From a virus: a stretch of DNA of 64,000 nucleotides. Shown one piece after another: positions 48,207 through 57,127 of the stretch. The stretch is from positions 1 to 64,000 of the IMG/VR virus record IMGVR_UViG_3300045283_000116; one strand, 5' to 3'. A program made the translations under genes and the position numbers. Position 1 is the stretch's first letter. Each line of letters starts with the position of its first letter. The notes beneath the pieces are model-generated. The model worked only from the letters and a program-made list of their open reading frames with translations, was not told the DNA's origin and searched no databases.

Positions 48207-48616
48207 GACTCGGGTCTACAGCGACCGCTGTGCTGCTGGCCGGTGGCCTGGGCATGACTGGAGTCGCAGGCTTCTTCACGGCCAAGGCCGTCACCGCCAG
48301 CGCACAGTCGGCGGGGACAACCCGGACGGTCACCGTCGACGTGGGCACGGGCGTGATCGGGCCGCCCGGACCGCCTGGTCCGAAGGGTGACACCGGAGCG
48401 AAGGGTGCGACGGGCGACACTGGCCCCACCGGACCTGCCGGACCTGCTGGCGACACCGGCCCGGCCGGACCCGCTGGTCCGAAGGGCGACAAGGGCGACA
48501 CGGGTCCCGCGGGCGGCATCATCTGCCCTGCCGGGTTCAGCGAAGGGTTCGTGCAGATCAACGGAGCGGGTGGGCACGTCGTCATCTACACCTGCGTGGA
48601 GGACACAGCACCATGA
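48203..48616 (+). CDS. Exported collagen-like protein in lysis cassette
   Basis: Hydrophobic N-terminus, (GXY) about 20 repeats, C-terminal CPAGF...YTC. Confidence 0.8.
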   Translation: MRLGSTATAVLLAGGLGMTGVAGFFTAKAVTASAQSAGTTRTVTVDVGTGVIGPPGPPGPKGDTGAKGATGDTGPTGPAGPAGDTGPAGPAGPKGDKGDTGPAGGIICPAGFSEGFVQINGAGGHVVIYTCVEDTAP

Positions 48617-48843
48617 GCGAAATCATCAAGCGTGCGTGGAAGGAACCCGCCGTCGGCATCGGCCTACTGGTCACCGTGGCCCTGGCGATCGGGGCCGCTG
48701 CGACAAGCTCTGACTGGAGTTGGGAGACGATCGTGGCGGTGCTGTCCCCGCTGCTGGCCGGGCTCGGCATCCGGCCGCTGGTGACCCCGGTCAAGAAGCC
48801 TGCGGATGTTGTACCATCGCCGCAAGGCGATACTGCGGTCTGA
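48613..48843 (+). CDS. Holin-like two-TM protein
   Basis: KEPA...two TMs...IRPLVTPV. Confidence 0.7.
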   Translation: MSEIIKRAWKEPAVGIGLLVTVALAIGAAATSSDWSWETIVAVLSPLLAGLGIRPLVTPVKKPADVVPSPQGDTAV

Positions 48844-48999
48844 GGCTCGATCTGGCTACCTTTCGGCTGCCGCGTCCGCCACAGACGAGTGAGCCTTTGG
48901 CTTAGCGAGTCGCTCCGGTCCGGGGCGGCTCGCGGCCTTTCTGGACGGATGTTCGGTACATCTTCGACGCGCGATGGCCGATCATCGGGTCGTAGGGTT

Positions 49000-49113
49000 G
49001 AACATCGTCTTGGCCGGTCCCACGGCGGCATACCACCGGGACCGGAGGGGCCACAGGCGACGATCCCCTTCGACCGCGACCCGCCACCTACCCCGGCGGG
49101 TCGCGGTCGTTCT
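49000..49113 (+). ncRNA. Candidate small RNA ending in a 15-bp terminator stem
   Basis: GTCGTAGGGTT at 48989; nested stems 49004-49064; CGACCGCGACCCGCC/GGCGGGTCGCGGTCG 49071-49109. Confidence 0.4.
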
Positions 49114-49164
49114 GCGTCCGGTTCGGTTTGTATCCTGGGCTGAAATCACGACCCACGGAGCGAA

Positions 49165-50139
49165 ATGCCTGACACCCCGCAAGAAGTCGAACTCGCCGCC
49201 GAACAGCACGGGTCCCGGTGGTTCCACGCCCCGCCAGCCGGAGAGGACTTCGCCGCCTGGTTCGCCGCCAACGTGAAGATCCACGAGGGCATGGAGCACG
49301 CGCCGTACGTCACCGGCTGCGTGATGATCGGCAGCCAGGAGACCTACAAGCGCACGATCCAGAAGGCCAACGGCGAGCTCGTGTTCCTGGACTCCAAGCG
49401 CCGGGTCTACACGCCGTACGCCAAAGTCGAGACTCGAGTCGCGTACTTCTGGGACCTGATGGACACCGACGGCTTCGACGACGTGGTCGGCATGATCGAG
49501 CCGGTCCCGATGGCGAGCCTCAACGACCCCGGCTACGTCAACTACAACCTGCCGCCCGGCTTCTTCCGCATCCCGATCGGCCTCGGCGGCAACATCGTCA
49601 GCTACATCGGCTGCTCGATGAAGGTCAGCATGTGGGACAAGGGCTCGATCATGTGGGTCGAGCGCGAGGAGGTCACCCGGCTCCCGGACGGCACGGAGAC
49701 CACGCGGCCCTTCCACGAGTTGCAGGGCACGCCCGTTCGCGTGTTCCCCTCGGCGACCAAGATGGTGCCCGTCCTGAGCCGCAGCGACGAGGAGGACCCG
49801 TTCGCGGTGATGAAGGCAGAGACCGGCGCGGTCGGCCGCGCGCTCGGTATGGCCGGGATGCTCGTGATCCCCGGCTCCGGTGTCGCCACTGCCGACGACA
49901 TGCTCGAGGTCGACTCGATCACCCGCGGCGTAACTTCCGACCCGAGTCTCCCGGCAGCACCCCAGGCGGCCGCGGAGGGCGTCGACGAGGTCGAGGAGCT
50001 CAAGGTGCGATTCGAGGCGCTGGATAAGGGCCAGCAGACGATCGTCGAGGAGTGGGCGGAGGGCCGCAAGATCGACCTGAGCAACCCGAAGTCGACGCAG
50101 CTCCGGGCGATCCGCGCGCAGATCGACCGCCTGTCGTGA
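49165..50139 (+). CDS. Putative single-strand annealing protein (Rad52/Sak-like)
   Basis: YAKVETRVAYF and KAETGAVGRALGMAG...VATADDM motifs. Confidence 0.55.
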   Translation: MPDTPQEVELAAEQHGSRWFHAPPAGEDFAAWFAANVKIHEGMEHAPYVTGCVMIGSQETYKRTIQKANGELVFLDSKRRVYTPYAKVETRVAYFWDLMDTDGFDDVVGMIEPVPMASLNDPGYVNYNLPPGFFRIPIGLGGNIVSYIGCSMKVSMWDKGSIMWVEREEVTRLPDGTETTRPFHELQGTPVRVFPSATKMVPVLSRSDEEDPFAVMKAETGAVGRALGMAGMLVIPGSGVATADDMLEVDSITRGVTSDPSLPAAPQAAAEGVDEVEELKVRFEALDKGQQTIVEEWAEGRKIDLSNPKSTQLRAIRAQIDRLS

Positions 50140-50342
50140 AAGAGGTCGAGCACCACGAAGCGTCGGACGGCCGGACGTTTAGGACATTCACCGTCCCGTG
50201 TTTCCATATGGACCCGTGCTGGCAGGGGCGCTGCCAGTGCGGCGAGGCGCTGACGAAGCACGACGACACCCGCGAGATGTCCATTCGCTGCTCCCTGGAG
50301 GCGCTCAGGAAGGACCACCCGACGTGCAGACGACGGAAGTAG
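50136..50342 (+). CDS. Small Cys/His protein
   Basis: GTGA overlap; CQCG...H. Confidence 0.5.
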   Translation: MKEVEHHEASDGRTFRTFTVPCFHMDPCWQGRCQCGEALTKHDDTREMSIRCSLEALRKDHPTCRRRK

Positions 50343-50698
50343 CGCTGGAGTACCTGCCGCCGTCCTACAACGTCCTGATGCGGAGCCACTGGCGCAAGCA
50401 GGCCAAGCTCAAGGCCGACCTCCAGCAGGACATCACGATCATGCTGCTCGCGGTCAAGCTGCCACGGCTCCTGTCGTTCGTCAGGGCCACGGCGGTCCTG
50501 ATCGTCCCGGACCGGCGCAAGCGTGACGAGGGCAACTACCGCACACCGCTGGAGAAGGCCCTCGGCGATGCCCTCGCGCCGAGTGGCGGGCATGGGTGGC
50601 TCCCCGACGACACGCCGCAGCACTACCGGTTCGAGCGACTGGAGTTCGAGCACGTTCCAAGGAGCTCGAGGACGCTCCTCTCCTTGGAGTACCGATGA
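50324..50698 (+). CDS. rusA: RusA-like Holliday junction resolvase
   Basis: PPSYN...HW...RKRDEGN...KALGDAL...GWLPDD. Confidence 0.75.
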   Translation: MQTTEVALEYLPPSYNVLMRSHWRKQAKLKADLQQDITIMLLAVKLPRLLSFVRATAVLIVPDRRKRDEGNYRTPLEKALGDALAPSGGHGWLPDDTPQHYRFERLEFEHVPRSSRTLLSLEYR

Positions 50699-50725
50699 TC
50701 CGACCGAAGTCGTAGCATCATCGAC

Positions 50726-51799
50726 ATGGCCGACAACTACGGGAAGCTCACCACCACCGAGCAGGGCTACTGGAACGTCTACACCCGACTTCGCCAGCTC
50801 TCGGATTGGGCAGGCTTCACGGACGGCCAGGACGACGCCAAGACCAAGTCGCGCAACTGGCTGGAGCAGCAGCGCAAGGAAATCTGGCGGCAGGCCCAGC
50901 CGAAATCCGACGGCGGTGACGGCAAGGGCTGGGACGTGAACAACCGCCGCGAGCGCTACGCGCAGTTGGCTGACGACTCCTTGAACGGCGGCTCGCCGCG
51001 GAACCTGTGCCAGCTTCCGACTGGAGGCGGAACTGCGACCGAGAAGGCCAAGATCGCCGAGCGCGAGATGTGGTGGAACCAGTCGAGCGTCGACGACGCC
51101 ACGAAGCAGTGGCGGACGAACAACTCGTCGTGGCTGACGGAGCGCCGCAAGCAGCTTTGGCATCTCATCAACGACGAGGGCGGCTCCCCGGCCTACAACC
51201 GCCAGTCGCGCTACGACGCGATGTGCGTCGCCACGAAGACCGGCGAGCCGTACGACTCGTGGGCCAAGACCCACGACGTGAACACGGGCGGCACGAAACC
51301 GAAGCCCGCTCCGGCCCCCACGCCGCCGTCGAGCCGCGAGAAGGCGGTCGAGCAGGCCCGCTCCTACCTCGGCGTTCACGAGAGCCCCGCTGGCTCCAAC
51401 CGCGGCAACCCGCAGCCGTCCGGCTGGCAGCGCCGCCTGCTCGGCTCGGACGGGTTCGCGTGGTGCGCGTGCTTTACGACCTGCATGGCCTGGGACGCGG
51501 GGGTGAAGGGCGGAAGCTCGGCCGGGGTCATCGTCATCATGTCGATGGCGCAGAGGGGCCAGGGCATGTTCAAGGGCTGGACTACCGACCCGAGTCGCGT
51601 TTTGCGGGGCGACATGGCGGTCATCGGCTGCGCGTCCTGCCACATTGGCCTGGTCGCGGACTCCAACGATCCCTATCACCTGATCGAAGGCAACACGTCC
51701 CCCGGCAGCGAAGGCAGCCAGTACGCCGGGGGCTGCGTGGCCGAGAAGCGCCGCCCGCGCGGGGCGATCATCGGCTGGGCGCTCGTCGACTACCCGTAG
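50726..51799 (+). CDS. Endolysin, C-terminal CHAP domain, N-terminal duplicated helical repeat
   Basis: ARSYLGVHE..GSN...AWCACF...HIGLV...IEGNT. Confidence 0.88.
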   Translation: MADNYGKLTTTEQGYWNVYTRLRQLSDWAGFTDGQDDAKTKSRNWLEQQRKEIWRQAQPKSDGGDGKGWDVNNRRERYAQLADDSLNGGSPRNLCQLPTGGGTATEKAKIAEREMWWNQSSVDDATKQWRTNNSSWLTERRKQLWHLINDEGGSPAYNRQSRYDAMCVATKTGEPYDSWAKTHDVNTGGTKPKPAPAPTPPSSREKAVEQARSYLGVHESPAGSNRGNPQPSGWQRRLLGSDGFAWCACFTTCMAWDAGVKGGSSAGVIVIMSMAQRGQGMFKGWTTDPSRVLRGDMAVIGCASCHIGLVADSNDPYHLIEGNTSPGSEGSQYAGGCVAEKRRPRGAIIGWALVDYP

Positions 51800-51808
51800 G
51801 AGAGACCG

Positions 51809-52069
51809 ATGACCGTAACGATGAGCGTAGCCATCTCGTTCGACGCCGACACCCCCGAGGAGGGTCAGGCGATGGTGCACGCGATGAACATCCCCGAGGG
51901 CGCGCAGGTGAACGTCAACGCGAACGTGCATCTCGTGGCGGGCGTCGTGGATGCCCGTGGCGTCGTGGCCCCCCCCGGCCCGCCCGAGCAAGTTCTCGCC
52001 GAGGCCGCGGAGGAGGCAGCAGCAGCGCTTCCTCTCGGCGAGCCAGTGCCCGTAGAGTCCGACTCATGA
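51809..52069 (+). CDS. Hypothetical protein
   Basis: AGGAG RBS. Confidence 0.55.
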   Translation: MTVTMSVAISFDADTPEEGQAMVHAMNIPEGAQVNVNANVHLVAGVVDARGVVAPPGPPEQVLAEAAEEAAAALPLGEPVPVESDS

Positions 52070-52326
52070 CCGAGCTTCCCGAGACCCCCGTCATCCAGTA
52101 CCGCGACGCGAAGACCGGCGAGTACGTTACCGCCGAGTACGCGGAGGCGAACCCCGACACGACGGTCAGCGAGACCGAGACCGGCAGCGACGACCTGCTC
52201 ATCGAGACCGGCGTCATGGAGCAAGTGCAGGCCGCGCAGGACAAGTTCGAGCACGACGAGGCCAACGAGGAAGCGATCGTCAGCAACACCGAGCCCGAGG
52301 ACGACGGGCTGCCGGACGCCGAGTAA
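52066..52326 (+). CDS. Acidic small protein
   Basis: YRDAKTGEYVTAEYAEANPDTTVSE motif; ATGA overlap. Confidence 0.65.
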   Translation: MTELPETPVIQYRDAKTGEYVTAEYAEANPDTTVSETETGSDDLLIETGVMEQVQAAQDKFEHDEANEEAIVSNTEPEDDGLPDAE

Positions 52327-52362
52327 CGGATCAACAACTCGCGACTGCGGTCGTAGCGTAGT

Positions 52363-52890
52363 GTGGCTGGCGGGATGCTCACCTTCTGGCAGCGGCTCGT
52401 CTACAACAACGCGCAGTTCCTCGCAGGGCAGTTCCGGCGCTGGGCCGACCAGCTTGACGCCGCTGCTCCGGGGCCTCCGGTGGTGGCATTCCCGATCCTG
52501 TTCATCACCGGAAAGGAAATCTCCGTGGGCCACATCACCGTGCGCGACTCGACCGCGCCGATCAAGGCGTCCGTCACGTTCAAGGACGCTGCCGGACACG
52601 ACACCGCACCCGAAGGTCTGCCGACCTGGACCTCATCCGACGAGGCGGTAGCGACCGTCGTCGCATCCGAGGACGGCCTGTCGGCCGAGGTCACCGCGGG
52701 CTCGCCGGGTGCCGCCGTCATCGAGGTCAAGGAAGTGGACAACGCCGGGCAGGAGATCGTGTCTCAGGGCACCGTCACCGTGCAGCCGGGCGACGCCGTG
52801 ATCGGCGAGATCCACTTCGAGGGCGAGGACGCTCCCGCCGTCCCGGATCAGAGCCTTCCCGGCGACCAGCCGGAGATCAACCCGCTCTAG
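52363..52890 (+). CDS. Ig-like (Big_2-type) domain protein
   Basis: PTWTSSDEAVATV...GAAVIEV...TVTV. Confidence 0.7.
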   Translation: MAGGMLTFWQRLVYNNAQFLAGQFRRWADQLDAAAPGPPVVAFPILFITGKEISVGHITVRDSTAPIKASVTFKDAAGHDTAPEGLPTWTSSDEAVATVVASEDGLSAEVTAGSPGAAVIEVKEVDNAGQEIVSQGTVTVQPGDAVIGEIHFEGEDAPAVPDQSLPGDQPEINPL

Positions 52891-52910
52891 GGCGGGCTAC
52901 GCTGACGCAG

Positions 52911-52943
52911 CAGCGGCCCGGTAGATCATCCGCCGGGCCGCTG
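52911..52943 (+). terminator. Hairpin
   Basis: CAGCGGCCCGG / CCGGGCCGCTG. Confidence 0.6.
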
Positions 52944-52947
52944 TCCT

Positions 52948-53040
52948 GTGATCGCCACCACGAACATCGCCGCGATCGCGGGACTAATCGCCGTCCTGAT
53001 CTTCGCGATCCTCGTCGCGCTCTACGCCTCCAACAAGTAG
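52948..53040 (+). CDS. 30-aa single-TM peptide (not in ORF track)
   Basis: VIATTNIAAIAGLIAVLIFAILVALYASNK. Confidence 0.5.
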   Translation: MIATTNIAAIAGLIAVLIFAILVALYASNK

Positions 53041-53041
53041 C

Positions 53042-53329
53042 TCAGGCGGCGTGGAGTTCCTCGAGGTTGCGCATCCACACGTCGAACAGCGGCTCGGTCT
53101 CCGGGTCGATCCCCCAAACACGGTGCTGGCGGCGGCGGTTCTCCCACGACGCGCGCCACATGACGTGGAACGCCTCGCGGGGAAACTCCTCGTCGGTCGG
53201 CCACGGTGCCTCCGGCGCGAGCGCCTCGGCCAATCGGCCGAGGCGCATGTTCACCTGCTGGGCCGCACCGACGCTGTCGTCGGTCGGCCAGCTTGGCGGG
53301 CTAACCCACTCAGAATCCGTGGCGGGCAT
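53042..53329 (-). CDS. Hypothetical protein
   Basis: Last gene of leftward operon; WPTDD/WPTDE repeat. Confidence 0.6.
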   Translation of the reverse strand: MPATDSEWVSPPSWPTDDSVGAAQQVNMRLGRLAEALAPEAPWPTDEEFPREAFHVMWRASWENRRRQHRVWGIDPETEPLFDVWMRNLEELHAA

Positions 53330-53756
53330 AGATGTTGTCGATCTCGGCCTCGAACTCGCCCATCGTCACCGGGCGACCGAGGCGAAGCGCCTGCTTGTCG
53401 AGGAACTTCCCGACGGCCACGTCCGCGGCGAGCCGACGCTGGACGGAGACGATGTGCGCGCCCTTGATCCGCAGCGTCACCTTGAACTCCTGGTCCGTGA
53501 TGTCCGTGTCGACCTTGCGATCCCACGTCGAGTCGCTGGAGAGCATCATGCCCCTCGCCTTGAGACGGGCACGGACCCGGCCGGTGACGAGCCGAGCGAA
53601 CTCGGTGAACATCAGCGCGGCAGGGACCGTCGACACCAGATCCCCGGCGACATCCCCGGTCGTGACCGGATGCCCCGCGGCCTCGCGGGCGTCGATGGAC
53701 GTGTCGATGGCCTGGGTCAACGGATGACCGGAACGGCGGTAGCGCTTCGACTTCAT
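53310..53756 (-). CDS. Hypothetical protein
   Basis: ATGA overlap with the HTH gene. Confidence 0.65.
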   Translation of the reverse strand: MKSKRYRRSGHPLTQAIDTSIDAREAAGHPVTTGDVAGDLVSTVPAALMFTEFARLVTGRVRARLKARGMMLSSDSTWDRKVDTDITDQEFKVTLRIKGAHIVSVQRRLAADVAVGKFLDKQALRLGRPVTMGEFEAEIDNIYARHGF

Positions 53757-54496
53757 GATGCGATCCCTTCGGCTTCGTTCGACGCCTTGGCAGCCTCGGC
53801 GGCATCAAGCTGCTCGAGAAAGAACGAGATCCGCTGACCGCACTGGATCAGCCGCTCGCGTTCCCTGTCGAACTCGCCGAGTTCGGTCAACGCCATGCGG
53901 AACCCGTGGCGCTCGTAGCGCCCGTACGCCTTCTCGATCATGTTGTAGACCGAGTCCAGCGCGGGCTCCATCGTCTCGTTGTGGATCTTGTCCGCCATCG
54001 CGCCCGGACCCATCCCGCCAAGCTGGTGGCTGGCGGCGTCGGGCGGCGGCGGCTTCTCGTTCGCCTTCCTGCGCAGATACGACTCGGTCGACGAGGCGAT
54101 ACCCACGTTGTCGAGCGCCTTCTGGCTGGATTCGGCGGTGACCGCCTGCGCGATCTCCGGGTCCTCCATCGCCTGCGCGATTTCAGTCGCAACTTCGGCG
54201 GGCTTCTCCGCGATCAGCTTCCGGGCTCCGGCCTCGATCTCAGCGGTCGTGGCATGCGACCCGCGGTCCCACGGGATCTTCAAGTCCCCCTGCGGCACCG
54301 GCTCCGCACTTGTGCGTGCGCGCACAAGCTGCTCCACCCATCGTGCGCTCCTATCGAGCCTCCGGGCAATCTCTCGCGTGCTCAGTCCCGGATCGTCCTT
54401 CTGCGCGGCGACGATCTCGTCCGCCGCCTTGAGGTAGAAGCCGTCGCCCTTGGCGATGTACCCCCTCGCCTTCTCGATGTGATCGACCTTCGTCAT
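53753..54496 (-). CDS. HTH DNA-binding protein (ParB-like HTH pattern)
   Basis: AGGAGG RBS; GLSTREIARRLDRSARWVEQLV. Confidence 0.7.
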   Translation of the reverse strand: MTKVDHIEKARGYIAKGDGFYLKAADEIVAAQKDDPGLSTREIARRLDRSARWVEQLVRARTSAEPVPQGDLKIPWDRGSHATTAEIEAGARKLIAEKPAEVATEIAQAMEDPEIAQAVTAESSQKALDNVGIASSTESYLRRKANEKPPPPDAASHQLGGMGPGAMADKIHNETMEPALDSVYNMIEKAYGRYERHGFRMALTELGEFDRERERLIQCGQRISFFLEQLDAAEAAKASNEAEGIAS

Positions 54497-54515
54497 ACGA
54501 CCTCCTGGTTCGGTT

Positions 54516-54772
54516 CGGTACATCATCCCACGAATCGGTACATCATCAACGTTCGTTACGAGCCCGCTCTCGCGAGGTCGATTAGGTTCTGGGCGACCTC
54601 GTCCAGGGCTGGCTTGCGGTAGGCCGGTGCGTGCCAGCCCTCCGGCGTCGGCTCTGGGGCGATCCCGAGTAGGAAGCGCATCCGTGCGAGTACGTAGGTC
54701 GCCTCAATCGCCTGGCTTCCGACCAGGCGATTGCCGTAGTAGGTGTCTGTCATGGCCCCACGGTACATCATC
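54516..54772. promoter_or_regulatory. Three exact 12-bp repeats CGGTACATCATC (54516, 54536, 54761)
   Basis: Each lies just upstream of a leftward start codon; inverted 2-mismatch copy near 54802. Confidence 0.75.
54556..54753 (-). CDS. Hypothetical protein
   Basis: MTDTYYGNRLVGSQAIEA... Confidence 0.5.
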   Translation of the reverse strand: MTDTYYGNRLVGSQAIEATYVLARMRFLLGIAPEPTPEGWHAPAYRKPALDEVAQNLIDLARAGS

Positions 54773-54897
54773 CGCAGACGTTCGGTCAAGATGTTCATAC
54801 TGATGGTATACCGATTGCCTCGTTCGTCGCCGGCGACTTCCGTCCGACCGGCAGGCTTTACTCCCGACTGTAAATCGAACTTCGGGAGGATGGGCTC

Positions 54898-56082
54898 GTG
54901 GAGCTCCCAGACAGCAGCATCGGCATCTCGGACATCATCGGCTGGCGCGACTGCCCGAGGCGGATGAGCTACTCCATGCGCCGCCACACCGGCAACGGAG
55001 CCCAGAGCGACGAGCGCACGCCCGAGGCTGGCTCGTGGGCCACGTGGTACGGCTCGGCGATCCACGAGGCCATCCACGCCTCGGACCAGGGGTTCGACGA
55101 CGAGGCTGCGCTACAGGCCGCGTGGGATCTGTTCGGCCGCTACCTGCGCCCGTCCGATGTCGACGCCCTGCGCGAGGATCTGGAGACCTACCATCAGCGC
55201 GACTTCCGCAACGTGCGGACCGTCATGAACGAGGAGGAGTTCCGGGTCCCACTACTAGATCACGACGGTCGTCGCATCTTCTTCCGCGGCCGCATCGACC
55301 GGCTGTACGAACGCCTGGATGCGCCGGGGCACTTCATACACATCGACTACAAGTCGAGCCGGTGGCCCAAGACGCAGGCCGACATCAACGAGGACGAGCA
55401 GCTCTGGGCCTACAACTTCGCCCTGCACGAGTGGCTGCCCGAGATGACCAGCCTGCTCCAGTTCCACGAGCAGTTGAAGTTCGGCCAGCTACACACGCGC
55501 AAGACCCCCGACCAGCGTCGCCAGATGGGCGACTGGCTGCGGCTCAACGTCGAGGCGATCCTCAACGACGACGACGTTCGCCCGGACGGGCTGCTCAAGC
55601 ACAGCAAGAACCAATGGTGCGCCTGGTGTCCCATCTTGGAGTCGTGCCCGATCGTCCCCGAGCTCACCGACTTCGCGCTGATGGAGCTCGAGCTCCTGGC
55701 CCCGACCCAGAAGATCGGACGCAAGTCTGTGCCTTTCCTGGAGCCGGACCGCATCGAGGAGTACATGGTCGAGCTTGCCCAGGCCAAGGACGCGCAGGCA
55801 ATCCTCGGCCGGTTCACCGACGCGATGAGGGATCTGATCCTCAGGATGGACGAGGTCGAGCGCGTGACCTACGGCTACAAGCTCCAGCCCCGCAAGAAGA
55901 CCACGTTCACCGGCTCGGCGATGGAGCAGCTACACGACATGCTCGGACCCGAGTTCTACGAGGTCGCCTCGGTCACGAAAACTGCACTCGAGGCCCACTT
56001 TGAGGGCGACGAGTCGGGACTCCAGTCGGCCCTGGATCTCGCCGTCGAGGAAGCCGGGGCCTCCGCCGTCGTCAAGGCGTAG
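54898..56082 (+). CDS. Cas4/RecB-like PD-(D/E)XK exonuclease
   Basis: DCPRR, GSAIHEAI, GRIDRL, IDYKS, CAWCPILESC. Confidence 0.88.
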   Translation: MELPDSSIGISDIIGWRDCPRRMSYSMRRHTGNGAQSDERTPEAGSWATWYGSAIHEAIHASDQGFDDEAALQAAWDLFGRYLRPSDVDALREDLETYHQRDFRNVRTVMNEEEFRVPLLDHDGRRIFFRGRIDRLYERLDAPGHFIHIDYKSSRWPKTQADINEDEQLWAYNFALHEWLPEMTSLLQFHEQLKFGQLHTRKTPDQRRQMGDWLRLNVEAILNDDDVRPDGLLKHSKNQWCAWCPILESCPIVPELTDFALMELELLAPTQKIGRKSVPFLEPDRIEEYMVELAQAKDAQAILGRFTDAMRDLILRMDEVERVTYGYKLQPRKKTTFTGSAMEQLHDMLGPEFYEVASVTKTALEAHFEGDESGLQSALDLAVEEAGASAVVKA

Positions 56083-56110
56083 GAAAGAAAGCTCCCGATC
56101 GCTTTCCTAG
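56080..56110 (+). terminator. Hairpin after exonuclease
   Basis: TAGGAAAG / CTTTCCTA. Confidence 0.5.
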
Positions 56111-56132
56111 CGCAAGATGCGAGGACTCGTTG

Positions 56133-56160
56133 TTGACGTGCGCGAACGCTGCGCTAGAAC
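56133..56160 (+). promoter_or_regulatory. Sigma70/HrdB-like promoter for replication genes
   Basis: TTGACG-16 nt-TAGAAC. Confidence 0.5.
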
Positions 56161-56392
56161 GGGAGACGCGCCCGGTCCCCTTGCTGGCTGGCGTGGGACC
56201 GGGCGCGCGCTGGAGCACTCCTCCATCCTCCGTCGTCGAACTTTACGGGCTAACGGAAATATTCGCAACGGAGAAGAAGACGTGACGAAACGCCAAGATT
56301 TTACCCCGAACCACGCTCGCTACACGCACCACGCTGCGAGCAGACCTCCACGACGCTCGTCATCCACTTCTCCCTCAGAGAGGTTGTAGACG

Positions 56393-57127
56393 ATGAAGGT
56401 CACGCTAGGTTCTGATCGGTACTTGCGGGATGTTTCTGGCCGGATCGTAGGCAAGGCCCTTGACAAGCCCGGAACGTTTGAGCTCAAGATTGGGGAAGGA
56501 ATAGAGGATGGGGTAGAGGAGGATGGGGCTCAGCTAGGGCTCGGGCTTAGCTCCGGTAGCGATGGTGCTGTAGACGTAGGTCTTACCAGCGACGTTGGTC
56601 GCGCGCGCGAGGACCGCTCAGAAAAACTTACGGCGGTCAACCGTGTCTGGGAGAGCTACTGCATCACCATGCACCCGCGGTCGACGCTGCTGGGCGAGCA
56701 GGAGCGCAAGATCATCGGCGCGGCGCTCAAGGTCGCAAGCTGGGAGGAGTGCATCCGGGCGATCATGGCCTGCGAGCGGTCCGACTTCCACATGGCGCGC
56801 GGCGAGTACCAGGGCGGCAAGCGTTACAACCGCCTGTCGCAAATCCTGAAAGGCAAGCCCGCTTCTCCGCGTGGCCCAGGGAAAACGATTCGCGAGCAAA
56901 TCGACATGTTCCTGGACCTCGCGGAAAAAGACGGACAGGAGTCAGGGGTTCCGTCCGTAGGAAATGACAACATCCGCAGGGCCAAGCGCGAGGTAATCGA
57001 CGCGACCGAGTTCCCCGGTGACGAACGGATTGTCGAACGGGGTCAGCGGGCGCGAGCGCTTCTCGCCGAAGTCGGAATCACCGTCGTGGACGTAGTCGGC
57101 GGACTCCCGACCTTCATCAACTCATGA
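56393..57127 (+). CDS. Replication initiator-like protein
   Basis: Upstream of DnaB; low-complexity purine-rich linker then VWESY...ECIRAI...SDFH...LSQIL. Confidence 0.6.
   Translation: MKVTLGSDRYLRDVSGRIVGKALDKPGTFELKIGEGIEDGVEEDGAQLGLGLSSGSDGAVDVGLTSDVGRAREDRSEKLTAVNRVWESYCITMHPRSTLLGEQERKIIGAALKVASWEECIRAIMACERSDFHMARGEYQGGKRYNRLSQILKGKPASPRGPGKTIREQIDMFLDLAEKDGQESGVPSVGNDNIRRAKREVIDATEFPGDERIVERGQRARALLAEVGITVVDVVGGLPTFINS

Noticed and set aside
54898-56082. Cas4 as part of a CRISPR-Cas system
   Set aside because: No other cas genes or array; solo Cas4-like exonucleases are common phage recombination genes
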